Source of the DNA: Patescibacteria group bacterium
GTDB taxonomy: Bacteria > Patescibacteriota > Microgenomatia > Levybacterales > UBA12049
Assembly (NCBI GenBank): GCA_041743715.1
Contig: JBGTMH010000045.1
Location: 18,092-82,091 of the forward strand
Length of the DNA stretch: 64,000 nt
Direction: 5' to 3'
Shown here piece after piece: positions 48,675 through 57,027 of the stretch (position 1 is its first letter; every line of letters starts with the position of its first letter). Both the position numbers and the translations under genes were made by a program. Under the pieces are notes generated by a model, which was given only the letters and a program-made list of their open reading frames with translations, did no database searches and was not told the DNA's origin.

Positions 48675-51086
48675 ATGGAATTATCAGCACATATATATCA
48701 TATTTATAGAACCGCGCTTTTCCGGAGTATTCGGCTTTTAACATTTACCGTGTTATTTTCTTTCATTGTCTATCAATTTTTGATTCTTCATACGTCTCCC
48801 AATTTTACCGTCTTTTTCTTTAATCTCTTGGTCATGTTTGAGGTTTTTTTCCATTATAAAATAAGCCGAGCAACACCTCCTGTTCTAGCTGCAGAGAATA
48901 AAGTTGAGACGATGTATGAATCATTTACGTTGCAAGCACTCTACGGTTTTGTTACCCAACCGACGACTGAAGGAGTGATTAAAAAACTCATTACTTATCC
49001 ACAGATAAAACTTGTCATGCAAAAAGCTAATTTGAATAAGAAAGAATTAAAATATTCAGATTTGCCGAAAGATCTGTTGGCGGAAAGTGCTTTTCAGACA
49101 GCACAGACTTTCAAAGGGAAATATGTCACCACACTCGATATTTTTGTCGCGTATCTTTTTATGATTGAGGCAGACAGTAAGTTGCTTTTTGCCAAACAAC
49201 TCAAGATAACAGATCTCTCAAACATTCTCTATTGGGTCAGGCTTGAAATGCCAGAAGAGGAGAGTCCTCCAAAAGCACGGGTACATTTCTCAGGCGTTGG
49301 GATTGGTGAACAATTAACCTCGGGATGGACACCTGAAACAAAGAAGTATACTGCTCAATTTACGACATATGCTCTCAAAACTGAGCCATTGATTGGTGGG
49401 CATGAAAATGAATTCAAAATCCTTCTTGAAGGACTGATGAAAATGGAGAACAGTAATGTCTTATTGGTAGGAGACATAGGAGCAGGGAAGGAAAATTTGG
49501 TGCGCGCCCTTGCCTATCATAGTTATGATGGGAACTTGGGAGGATATCTTAATTATAAACGCGTTTTTCAACTGCTCGTCGGTGCATTGACCGCAGGAGC
49601 TGGAGATAGGGGTAATTTAGAAACACGGCTGCAACAAATTATTGCTGAAATTTCTCATGCGAATGACGTCTTTCTCTATATCCCGGATTTTCAAAATATC
49701 TTAGGCGGTACCTCATATAAGCTTGATTTATCAGGGGCACTCCTTCCCTATCTAAAAGATGGCAATATACCCATAGTTGCGACGATGACAACTGGAAATT
49801 ATAAAGCATACATGGAAAAAAATCCTCTCAAAGAAGTGTTTACCGTTGTGCAACTCAAGCCGCCTGACCAAGATACAGCGGTACAGATGGCACTGGGAGA
49901 AGCGACAAAGATTGAAAAAAAGTACAAAGTTATCGTGAGTTATCGGGCACTTATCAGTGCGGTTGAATTAGCAGATCGGTTTTATCAAGATCAAGTGCTG
50001 CCGGGAAGCGCTATTGCTCTTTTGGAAACTGTTGCCAATGCTGTTGCATTAGAGAAAGATCGTCCTACCTATGAAAAGACACAGAGAAAAATGGTACTTG
50101 AAGCAGATGTGGTAAAAAAAGTAGAACAAACAAGCCATGTCGCAATTGCATTGCCTACAGGGAAAGAGATAAACTTACTGCTTCATTTGGAGGACAAATT
50201 GCATGAGCGGGTGATAGCGCAAGATGAGGCGGTGAGTGCCATTAGCGAGGCCATGAGGCGGATTAGATCTGGCATGACGACCAGCGAACGGCCGATTTCT
50301 TTTCTTTTCTTAGGCCCGACTGGTGTAGGAAAAACAGAAACAGCAAAGGCCCTTGCTGATTTTTATTACGGCGGACAGAAAAATATGATCAGGCTTGATA
50401 TGAGTGAGTACACCGATGCAAATGGTCTCAAGCGGTTGTTAGGCGCGCTTCCTGGAGAAGGAGAGGAGCGGGGACTGTTAACTGATAAAATTCATGATAA
50501 TCCTGCATCACTTGTCTTGCTTGATGAATTTGAGAAAGCATACCCTGCAATTCACAATATATTTCTTCAAGTTCTGGATGATGGACGACTGACCGATAAC
50601 AAAGGCGTCACAGTATCTTTCCGCAATGCCATTATTATCGCCACCTCAAATGCAGGATCTGAGTTCATTCGGGAAGCAGTGGAGAAGGGAGTGCCAATTG
50701 ACAAAAGTTTTGAACAACAACTTTTGGAACAATTGCAATCCCAAGGTATTTTCAAACCAGAATTACTCAACCGTTTTGACGATGTCATAACATTTAAACC
50801 CCTCGGGACTGAGCAAGTAACTGCAGTAACGAAGCTTGTATTGCAGCAACTGACGAAGACAATGGAAAAGCAAGATATTACATTGACCTTTGATGATGCG
50901 GTTATTGAAAAAATTATCAGAGAGGGCTACGACAAAGATTTCGGCGCCAGACCCCTCCGCCGCTACATACAGGATACGGTAGAAGACATGATCGCACAGA
51001 AACGCTTAACCAAAGAAATAGACCGAGGCAAAAAAGTTGCTTTTTCTATTGATGGTACAGGGGCACTTCAGGCAACGATAACGTAA
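48675..51086 (+). CDS. Membrane-anchored Clp/Hsp100-like ATPase with degenerate first AAA+ module
   Basis: Two N-terminal TM helices, then a Clp_N-like double repeat. D1 Walker A is GDIGAGKE (no T/S) and the Walker B position is IPDFQN (no DE). D2 is intact: [32 protein letters not shown]. Confidence 0.8.
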   Translation: MELSAHIYHIYRTALFRSIRLLTFTVLFSFIVYQFLILHTSPNFTVFFFNLLVMFEVFFHYKISRATPPVLAAENKVETMYESFTLQALYGFVTQPTTEGVIKKLITYPQIKLVMQKANLNKKELKYSDLPKDLLAESAFQTAQTFKGKYVTTLDIFVAYLFMIEADSKLLFAKQLKITDLSNILYWVRLEMPEEESPPKARVHFSGVGIGEQLTSGWTPETKKYTAQFTTYALKTEPLIGGHENEFKILLEGLMKMENSNVLLVGDIGAGKENLVRALAYHSYDGNLGGYLNYKRVFQLLVGALTAGAGDRGNLETRLQQIIAEISHANDVFLYIPDFQNILGGTSYKLDLSGALLPYLKDGNIPIVATMTTGNYKAYMEKNPLKEVFTVVQLKPPDQDTAVQMALGEATKIEKKYKVIVSYRALISAVELADRFYQDQVLPGSAIALLETVANAVALEKDRPTYEKTQRKMVLEADVVKKVEQTSHVAIALPTGKEINLLLHLEDKLHERVIAQDEAVSAISEAMRRIRSGMTTSERPISFLFLGPTGVGKTETAKALADFYYGGQKNMIRLDMSEYTDANGLKRLLGALPGEGEERGLLTDKIHDNPASLVLLDEFEKAYPAIHNIFLQVLDDGRLTDNKGVTVSFRNAIIIATSNAGSEFIREAVEKGVPIDKSFEQQLLEQLQSQGIFKPELLNRFDDVITFKPLGTEQVTAVTKLVLQQLTKTMEKQDITLTFDDAVIEKIIREGYDKDFGARPLRRYIQDTVEDMIAQKRLTKEIDRGKKVAFSIDGTGALQATIT

Positions 51087-51204
51087 TAATTTATTCTCAA
51101 GTGTATTTCTATTATTGAAACATAGGCTTTTAACCAGAGTAGAAAGCCTGTATTGGGACAATACATCTTACATTCAGCTATTCTTTAAATAATTACGTAA
51201 TTTC

Positions 51205-51639
51205 ATGAATCTCAACTTTCATATCACGTTTAATTTTTTGAATGTAAAGATTAATATTCTTAGTATAATTGTATTATCAGTTTTGCTTAGTATATTTTTT
51301 ACCCAAACTGGTAGTGCTGCAAGTTTTCAGCTTTCAGGAGTGGTATCAGATAATTCGAATATTCCAATCGCAAAGGCAAGCATAGAGGTTATTAATACAG
51401 ATACAAATACTGTTGTTGCTCGTACAGAAAGCAGTGCCGATGGATACTATAATATTGTATTGGAAGGCGGATCATATACAATAAAAGTTACGTCGATTGA
51501 CAGTAGTGATTTGAAACCAGATATTTCACTATATCAAACAATTGCTAAGGACACTGTTTTTAATATTATTATTGTATCTGATTCTTCTGATCCGAAGAGG
51601 CATCTCTATAATATAATTACAAACCCGTTTTACAAATAA
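51205..51639 (+). CDS. Secreted carboxypeptidase-regulatory-like (CarboxypepD_reg) domain protein
   Basis: Signal anchor, then LSGVVSDNSNIPIAKASIEVINTDTNTVVARTESSADGYYNIVLEGGSYTIKV. Confidence 0.6.
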   Translation: MNLNFHITFNFLNVKINILSIIVLSVLLSIFFTQTGSAASFQLSGVVSDNSNIPIAKASIEVINTDTNTVVARTESSADGYYNIVLEGGSYTIKVTSIDSSDLKPDISLYQTIAKDTVFNIIIVSDSSDPKRHLYNIITNPFYK

Positions 51640-51648
51640 GATTGTGCT

Positions 51649-53421
51649 ATGAAAGATAACGAACAGGACTGGTCATTAAAACAATACTTCGTTCCCCTGA
51701 CTACATTAAAAGCAATTCATATTATTACCATCGTCGGCTTTGTCGTTTTCGGCAATGCACTTTTTAATGGTTTTGTATGGGACGATTTGATATATATTGT
51801 TAATAATCAACAGGTCCATACTTTTAATATTTTTACAAGCTTTGGAGAAAATCGGTTTAATATAGCTGGACAATATCGTCCTATTCCCTCTCTCTATTTT
51901 TCCTCAATGTATTCTTTGTTTAGAGATTTTCCATTTTTTTACCATTTTTTCAGTATTTGCATTCATATAATAAGTAGCTTATTAGTATTCGTTTTATTTA
52001 GCAGATTTTTTAAAAACCATCTGTCTTTATTTCTCTCTTTAGTTTTTCTTGTTCACCCCATGCAGGTTGAGTCCGCTTCATTTGTTTCTACATCTGGAAA
52101 TAATTTATTTTTCGTATTTGGATTACTTGCACTAATTCTGAGTATGAAAGAGCAATTGATTGCAAAGAGATTATTACTTATAGGATTATTATTATTATTA
52201 TCTCTTTTATCAAAGGAAACTGGAATTTTATTTCTTCTTATGATTTTTGTTTTACGAATTTTTTATCAGAAAAAAAATCTTACAGCATATTTATTTATTG
52301 GCATAGGAATAATCTTCGTTTATCTAGCTTTTAGATTTGGAATTGGCAAAATTTATCTAACTCAACAGTTAGGATTTATTCCTATTGAAAGACTATCTTT
52401 GGAACAACGACTTATTAATATCCCCGCAATAATTTATTATTACCTATCAACTTTTTTTCTGCCGCTCAAATTAACAATAATGCAGTATTGGGTTGTCGTA
52501 AAAGTAGATTATACTAGTTTTTATCTCCCCCTTTTTTTGGATTTTGTATTTTTTGCTTGCTTAGGTGTTGTTGTGAGATTTTTAAAAAAAAGAACACTTA
52601 AAGTCTTTATATTCTTTTTCTTATGGTTTTTTCTTGGAATGTTGCTTCATCTACAAATTTTCCCACTAAATATGACAGTAGCAGACCGATGGTTTTATTT
52701 TGCGATGGTGGGTCTACTTGGTGTTATAGGTATAATCTTACAAAAGATAGTCACCACATACAAAAATTTACAGTATCTGCTATTGATGATGGGAGTTATT
52801 ATTTTGGTACTTTTATCCTTAAGAACTGTAGAAAGGAACACTAACTGGCAAAGCAATCTTGCTTTGTATAGTCATGATGCTAAAGTCAATGAAAATTTTA
52901 TTCTTGAAAATAATTTAGGTGTCGAGTATCGTCGCCAACAAAATCTTCAAGAGGCAAAAAAACATTTCGAGAGGTCGGTTCAATTACATCCATATCAGGG
53001 AAATCTTTTCAACTTAGCTATTGTAAGTCAAGCGTTAAACGATAAGCAACAGGCAATAGAATATTTTTTCAGAATTCTTACGGTAACTGATTTTCAAGGG
53101 GAAGAGTATAGGGGGGAGGAATATAATCGAAGATTGACAATGTCGTCTTGGGTGCTTATCCAACTAGATTCTCCAACAAATGCGAAAGCCTTTATCCAGA
53201 AGGCTTTAATAAAAGACCCAAATAATGGATACTTATGGGCGAATCTGGCTATTAGTGAGTATAAATTGAATAACCGAGAAGAGGCGCTCAAAGCTGTAAA
53301 AAGAGCAAAAATTTTCTCTGCAACTCCAGCGGTTAACAATTTATATACAATTATTGTTAATAAAAAAAGTATTCCAGAAAATATAACTATATCTTTTTTC
53401 AATGAAATTTCTAACGAATAA
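51649..53421 (+). CDS. GT-C glycosyltransferase of the PMT/TMTC type with C-terminal TPR repeats
   Basis: 590 aa, ~11 TM. The first loop is NGFVWDDLIYIVNN (the FVWDD acidic motif of TMTC/DUF1736-type enzymes). The C-terminal ~190 aa are TPR-like. Confidence 0.7.
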   Translation: MKDNEQDWSLKQYFVPLTTLKAIHIITIVGFVVFGNALFNGFVWDDLIYIVNNQQVHTFNIFTSFGENRFNIAGQYRPIPSLYFSSMYSLFRDFPFFYHFFSICIHIISSLLVFVLFSRFFKNHLSLFLSLVFLVHPMQVESASFVSTSGNNLFFVFGLLALILSMKEQLIAKRLLLIGLLLLLSLLSKETGILFLLMIFVLRIFYQKKNLTAYLFIGIGIIFVYLAFRFGIGKIYLTQQLGFIPIERLSLEQRLINIPAIIYYYLSTFFLPLKLTIMQYWVVVKVDYTSFYLPLFLDFVFFACLGVVVRFLKKRTLKVFIFFFLWFFLGMLLHLQIFPLNMTVADRWFYFAMVGLLGVIGIILQKIVTTYKNLQYLLLMMGVIILVLLSLRTVERNTNWQSNLALYSHDAKVNENFILENNLGVEYRRQQNLQEAKKHFERSVQLHPYQGNLFNLAIVSQALNDKQQAIEYFFRILTVTDFQGEEYRGEEYNRRLTMSSWVLIQLDSPTNAKAFIQKALIKDPNNGYLWANLAISEYKLNNREEALKAVKRAKIFSATPAVNNLYTIIVNKKSIPENITISFFNEISNE

Positions 53422-53476
53422 CATATTAAAATAAAATGAGCATTAGAAGTTCTGAGGAAATCATGTATAATTTTAT

Positions 53477-53538
53477 ATTCTAAATAGCTATTCTAAATAG
53501 GCGTGATCCTTGACAAATATGCAATACTTGTCTTAAAT
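53477..53538 (+). promoter_or_regulatory. Promoter TTGACA-17-TTAAAT preceded by an 11-bp direct repeat
   Basis: ATTCTAAATAG at 53477-53487 and 53490-53500, bridged by the 10-bp palindrome AATAGCTATT. TTGACA 53510-53515 and TTAAAT 53533-53538. Confidence 0.45.
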
Positions 53539-53568
53539 AAGACTGGGATATTATTAAATTGCTTATAA

Positions 53569-55695
53569 ATGAAAATAAAGATTAAACTTGCAAGTCTCTT
53601 CCTATTTGCTTTGATTCTCGGAGGGTTATTTTCTACAAATACTGCCTTTGCCGCTACAGTTACTCTTTCAGGTAGCATTAAAGACTCATCAGGGAATGGC
53701 ATTGCTAACGCCTCTATTAGCGTCACGGATTCTGATAGTGGAGCAAATGTGGGGAGTACGGCGACGGACGATGACGGTTCTGGAAACTATAGCATGATTG
53801 TTATGGAAGGGACCTATGATGTGCAAGTGAATCCTCCTGTTGAGAGTGGTTTTTCTTCTGCTATTGCTTTCAGCCAAAATATCTTAGGAGATACTACTTT
53901 GAACTTTATTCTTACCCCTGTAGGAACAGTTACGCTCAGCGGTCATATATATGACCCACTTGGGAATCCACTTCAAAATCAAAAAGTTTTTTTACTGGAT
54001 ACGGAAATTGGATCGGTGGTCGCTTCAGCAACTACCAATGCAACAGGGGATTATTCGTTTCAAGTAAGTCCTGACACATATAGGATTAAAGTTGAGGCAG
54101 AGTATAATGACGGAGTTAATGCCCCGCAATACTATGGTTTTAGTGTTCGTACCTATGAGCTTACTCAAAGTACTATCTTAGATTTTACTCTCCCTTTGAA
54201 AAGAGTTACTGTGCATGTGCAGGATGCAGTAAATAATCCTGTAAGTGGGGTTAGGCTTAAAACGCAGCCAGTGGGTAGTGTAAACGACAACCTTTTGTTC
54301 GGAAATGGTCTTAGTGCTATTCTAGCTTTTTCTGCATATGATGTGCCGGGGAAAACAGATCCAGGTCCTCTGACAGACGCTTCAGGAAATGTGACTTTAT
54401 GGCTTTTCCCAACAGAGTCAGGTCGCACGTATCAGTTTATTGCAACTCCTCCGAGTGGAAGTCCATACTCTCAGTTTACTTTTCAAAGTATTCATGTAAC
54501 GGGTGATCAAACTGAGTTTATTTCTCTGCAATTTAACCACGCTTCTCCCGTGACGACTGCAACTTTGGAGACGCAAAAAGGAGATGGAACATATAGTGAT
54601 CCAACCACCGTAACGCTGATAGCCGTTGCTGATACTGGCTATACGATCGCCAACATATATTATGCCATCAATGGTGGAGCACAGCAGACATATACAGCAC
54701 CCTTTACTGTCATAGGCAATGGAGCGCATGCAATTGAATACTGGTCTGTCGATAATAGTGGAGCCCAGGAAACACATAAGACTAAAACATTTACCATTCT
54801 TGCCAGATATAATCTGGTAGGGGCGGTCTATATCGATAGTAATCAAAATGGTGTGCAGGATATAGGAGAATTAGGATATGGTGACGCAACACTGAGCTTG
54901 AATACCGGACAGACAGTGACAACTAATTCAAGTGGTGAGTACTCTTTCTCCAATTTACCAACTGATGTCTATACAGAAACCTTGACAGTTCCCAATGGGT
55001 ATGCCGCAACAACAACCAATCCAGCATCTGTTCCCCTCTCTGCTGATACAACACAAAATTTCGGTATTGCTCCCATTCCTACCAATACTCCTACACCAAC
55101 AGAAACACCTATCCCAACACCGACCAATACACCTACACCCACCCCAACAGAAACACCAACACCTACGCCAACAAATACACCGACGCCTACACCAAATCCA
55201 ACCCAACTCACATCTCTGAGTCCGGCAAAGATGTGGGTAGGATTATCTAACTTCTTTGGTTTTGGTACAAAGTTTGATGTGAAAGCAGAAGCATATAAAG
55301 ATACAACACTGATCAGCTCAGGACAACTCAATAGTATAGATCCAGGGTTTGGTTTTGGTGGATTTGCTAGTGCAAAACTGAATACCATTCCCTTCAACGC
55401 ATTCCAACCAGTTGATTTTCCACAGGGATCAAAGTTGAGTATCAAAGTATCTGCCAGGACAGCTTGCACTGGCTCAGTAAACCCTCTCGGTACGGCACGG
55501 CTCTGGTATAATGATAGTCAAGCGAACAGTAATTTTGGTGCAACGATTGGAGCAAATGCAGGCTTCTATTATCTGAGAACTAACTCTGCCCTCGCAGCAG
55601 CAGTAGGAAGTGGACCTAAGCAAACTGTTGATGTGCAAGGTGGAGCTGCTTGTAGTGCTTTCAAATCTTTTGGTACATGGATGATTACTCCATAA
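53569..55695 (+). CDS. Large secreted multi-domain surface protein (CarboxypepD_reg-like repeats, chitobiase/hexosaminidase-C-like domain, SdrD-B-like domain, Pro/Thr linker, unknown C-terminal domain)
   Basis: Signal peptide (NTAFA). Repeated GxIxDxxGNxxxNAxIxV...GxYxxxVxxGTY units. YYAINGG...YTAPFTV...IEYWSVDNSG. VYIDSNQNGVQDIGE...SGEYSFSNLP. PT linker at nt 55078-55203. Confidence 0.7.
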   Translation: MKIKIKLASLFLFALILGGLFSTNTAFAATVTLSGSIKDSSGNGIANASISVTDSDSGANVGSTATDDDGSGNYSMIVMEGTYDVQVNPPVESGFSSAIAFSQNILGDTTLNFILTPVGTVTLSGHIYDPLGNPLQNQKVFLLDTEIGSVVASATTNATGDYSFQVSPDTYRIKVEAEYNDGVNAPQYYGFSVRTYELTQSTILDFTLPLKRVTVHVQDAVNNPVSGVRLKTQPVGSVNDNLLFGNGLSAILAFSAYDVPGKTDPGPLTDASGNVTLWLFPTESGRTYQFIATPPSGSPYSQFTFQSIHVTGDQTEFISLQFNHASPVTTATLETQKGDGTYSDPTTVTLIAVADTGYTIANIYYAINGGAQQTYTAPFTVIGNGAHAIEYWSVDNSGAQETHKTKTFTILARYNLVGAVYIDSNQNGVQDIGELGYGDATLSLNTGQTVTTNSSGEYSFSNLPTDVYTETLTVPNGYAATTTNPASVPLSADTTQNFGIAPIPTNTPTPTETPIPTPTNTPTPTPTETPTPTPTNTPTPTPNPTQLTSLSPAKMWVGLSNFFGFGTKFDVKAEAYKDTTLISSGQLNSIDPGFGFGGFASAKLNTIPFNAFQPVDFPQGSKLSIKVSARTACTGSVNPLGTARLWYNDSQANSNFGATIGANAGFYYLRTNSALAAAVGSGPKQTVDVQGGAACSAFKSFGTWMITP
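55078..55203 (+). repeat. Pro/Thr-rich linker coding repeat
   Basis: Encodes PTNTPTPTETPIPTPTNTPTPTPTETPTPTPTNTPTPTPNPT. Imperfect ACNCCN periodicity. Confidence 0.8.
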
Positions 55696-55732
55696 CCCCT
55701 TGATATCTAAATAATATTTTACTTCTTTGAGG

Positions 55733-55761
55733 TTGAAGGTTACCCTTGTATCTGGTATACT
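55733..55761 (+). promoter_or_regulatory. Promoter TTGAAG-17-TATACT for nusA
   Basis: TTGAAG 55733-55738, 17-nt spacer, TATACT 55756-55761. ATG 55769 lies 7 nt after the -10 box. Confidence 0.5.
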
Positions 55762-55768
55762 AAGCCTT

Positions 55769-56887
55769 ATGCCAGCTATACAACGGAGTGAATTTGCATT
55801 AGCTTTAAATCAAGTCGCCTCAGAGCGTGGGGTTGATGTGGACGTGGTGCTCGATACCGTACAAAATGCGATTTTGGCAGCGTATCGGAAAGATCATCCA
55901 GGTGTTGAGGTGGAAGATTATCGTGCAGTACTTGATCCCAACACAGGGGAAGCCAAGATTTATCAAGAAGATAAAGATGTGACTCCTCCTGGATTTGGAC
56001 GGATTGCCGCACAAACTGCTAAGCAAGTCATACTTCAGAAAATTCGTGAGAAAGAAAAAGAAGCGATTTTTACTGATTATCGGATAAAAATCGGTACCAT
56101 AGTGAATGGTATGGTGCTCCGTTTTGCCGGTCCAAATATTATTATCGATATAGGAAAAGCAGAAGCAATTATGCCGGTCTCCGAACAAATCCCCAATGAA
56201 AAATATCATCTGAATCAGCGGCTCGTTTTTTATCTTTCAGAAATCCGCCAAGGAATGAAAGGCGAAGAAATTGTCGTGTCACGTGCTGACATAGGACTTC
56301 TTGAGGGGTTATTTAAGAGGGAAGTTCCGGAAGTTGCTCAGGGAAGTGTTGAGATCAAAGCAATTGTTCGGGAGCCAGGTAATAGAGCAAAAATAGCTGT
56401 GTTCTCAACGCAGCCGGGAATTGATCCTGTAGGTTCTTGTGTCGGACAAAAAGGGGTTCGTGTTCAAGCAATCATTCAAGAGTTGGGTGGTCTTGAAAAA
56501 ATTGATATTATTCAGTGGTCTGATGACACAAAGACTTACATAGCCCAAGCGCTCTCTCCCGCAAAGAATGTCCAGGTAGAAATTGATGAAGAAGCAAAAG
56601 AAGCTCGTGTGTTTGTCCCACAAGAGGAACTATCGTTAGCCATTGGAAAAGAAGGACAGAACGTTCGCCTTGCCTACAAATTGACACAATACAGAATCGA
56701 AATTGAAGGAAAAGCCCCACTTGGTGGATTAGATAGTGAAGACACAGATGAAGTAGTAGAGGATACAGCCACGAAAGAAGGAGAAGAAAAAAAAGAAGAT
56801 AAGGTAGAAAAAAAGACTAAGGCGAAAGAATCAAGCAAAAAAGAAGTTAAAGAGAAAAAAGAAAAAGAAAACAAAGATGAAAAATAA
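55769..56887 (+). CDS. nusA: Transcription termination/antitermination factor NusA
   Basis: EFALALNQVASERGVDVDVVLDTVQNAILAAY N-terminal domain, S1 and two KH regions (GSCVGQKGVRVQ, AIGKEGQNVRLA), and a K/E-rich tail. The ORF-track TTG 55727 lies upstream of the promoter -10, so ATG 55769 is used. Confidence 0.9.
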   Translation: MPAIQRSEFALALNQVASERGVDVDVVLDTVQNAILAAYRKDHPGVEVEDYRAVLDPNTGEAKIYQEDKDVTPPGFGRIAAQTAKQVILQKIREKEKEAIFTDYRIKIGTIVNGMVLRFAGPNIIIDIGKAEAIMPVSEQIPNEKYHLNQRLVFYLSEIRQGMKGEEIVVSRADIGLLEGLFKREVPEVAQGSVEIKAIVREPGNRAKIAVFSTQPGIDPVGSCVGQKGVRVQAIIQELGGLEKIDIIQWSDDTKTYIAQALSPAKNVQVEIDEEAKEARVFVPQEELSLAIGKEGQNVRLAYKLTQYRIEIEGKAPLGGLDSEDTDEVVEDTATKEGEEKKEDKVEKKTKAKESSKKEVKEKKEKENKDEK

Positions 56888-56888
56888 A

Positions 56889-57018
56889 ATTCGAAGCACG
56901 AATACCGAAATTCGAAACAAATTCAAATTACCATAATCAAAATGACTAAAAACGTTTTATATTTTAAACTTTTGAATTTTGATATTGTTTCGGATTTCAG
57001 ATTTCGAAATTCGGATTT
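56889..57018. repeat. Composite ~130-bp inverted-repeat region between nusA and infB
   Basis: CCGAAATTCGAAA 56905-56917 pairs perfectly with TTTCGAAATTCGG 57002-57014. CAAATTCAAA 56918-56927 pairs with TTTGAATTTT 56971-56980 (9 of 10). Central palindrome AAAACGTTTT 56949-56958. TTCGGATTT is duplicated at 56989 and 57010. Confidence 0.65.
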
Positions 57019-57027
57019 AAGCGATAT

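Noticed and set aside
54955-55469. Cys/Trp/Arg-rich and Gly/Val-rich antisense ORFs opposite the Pro/Thr linker
   Set aside because: These are an artefact of the ACNCCN repeat read on the other strand.
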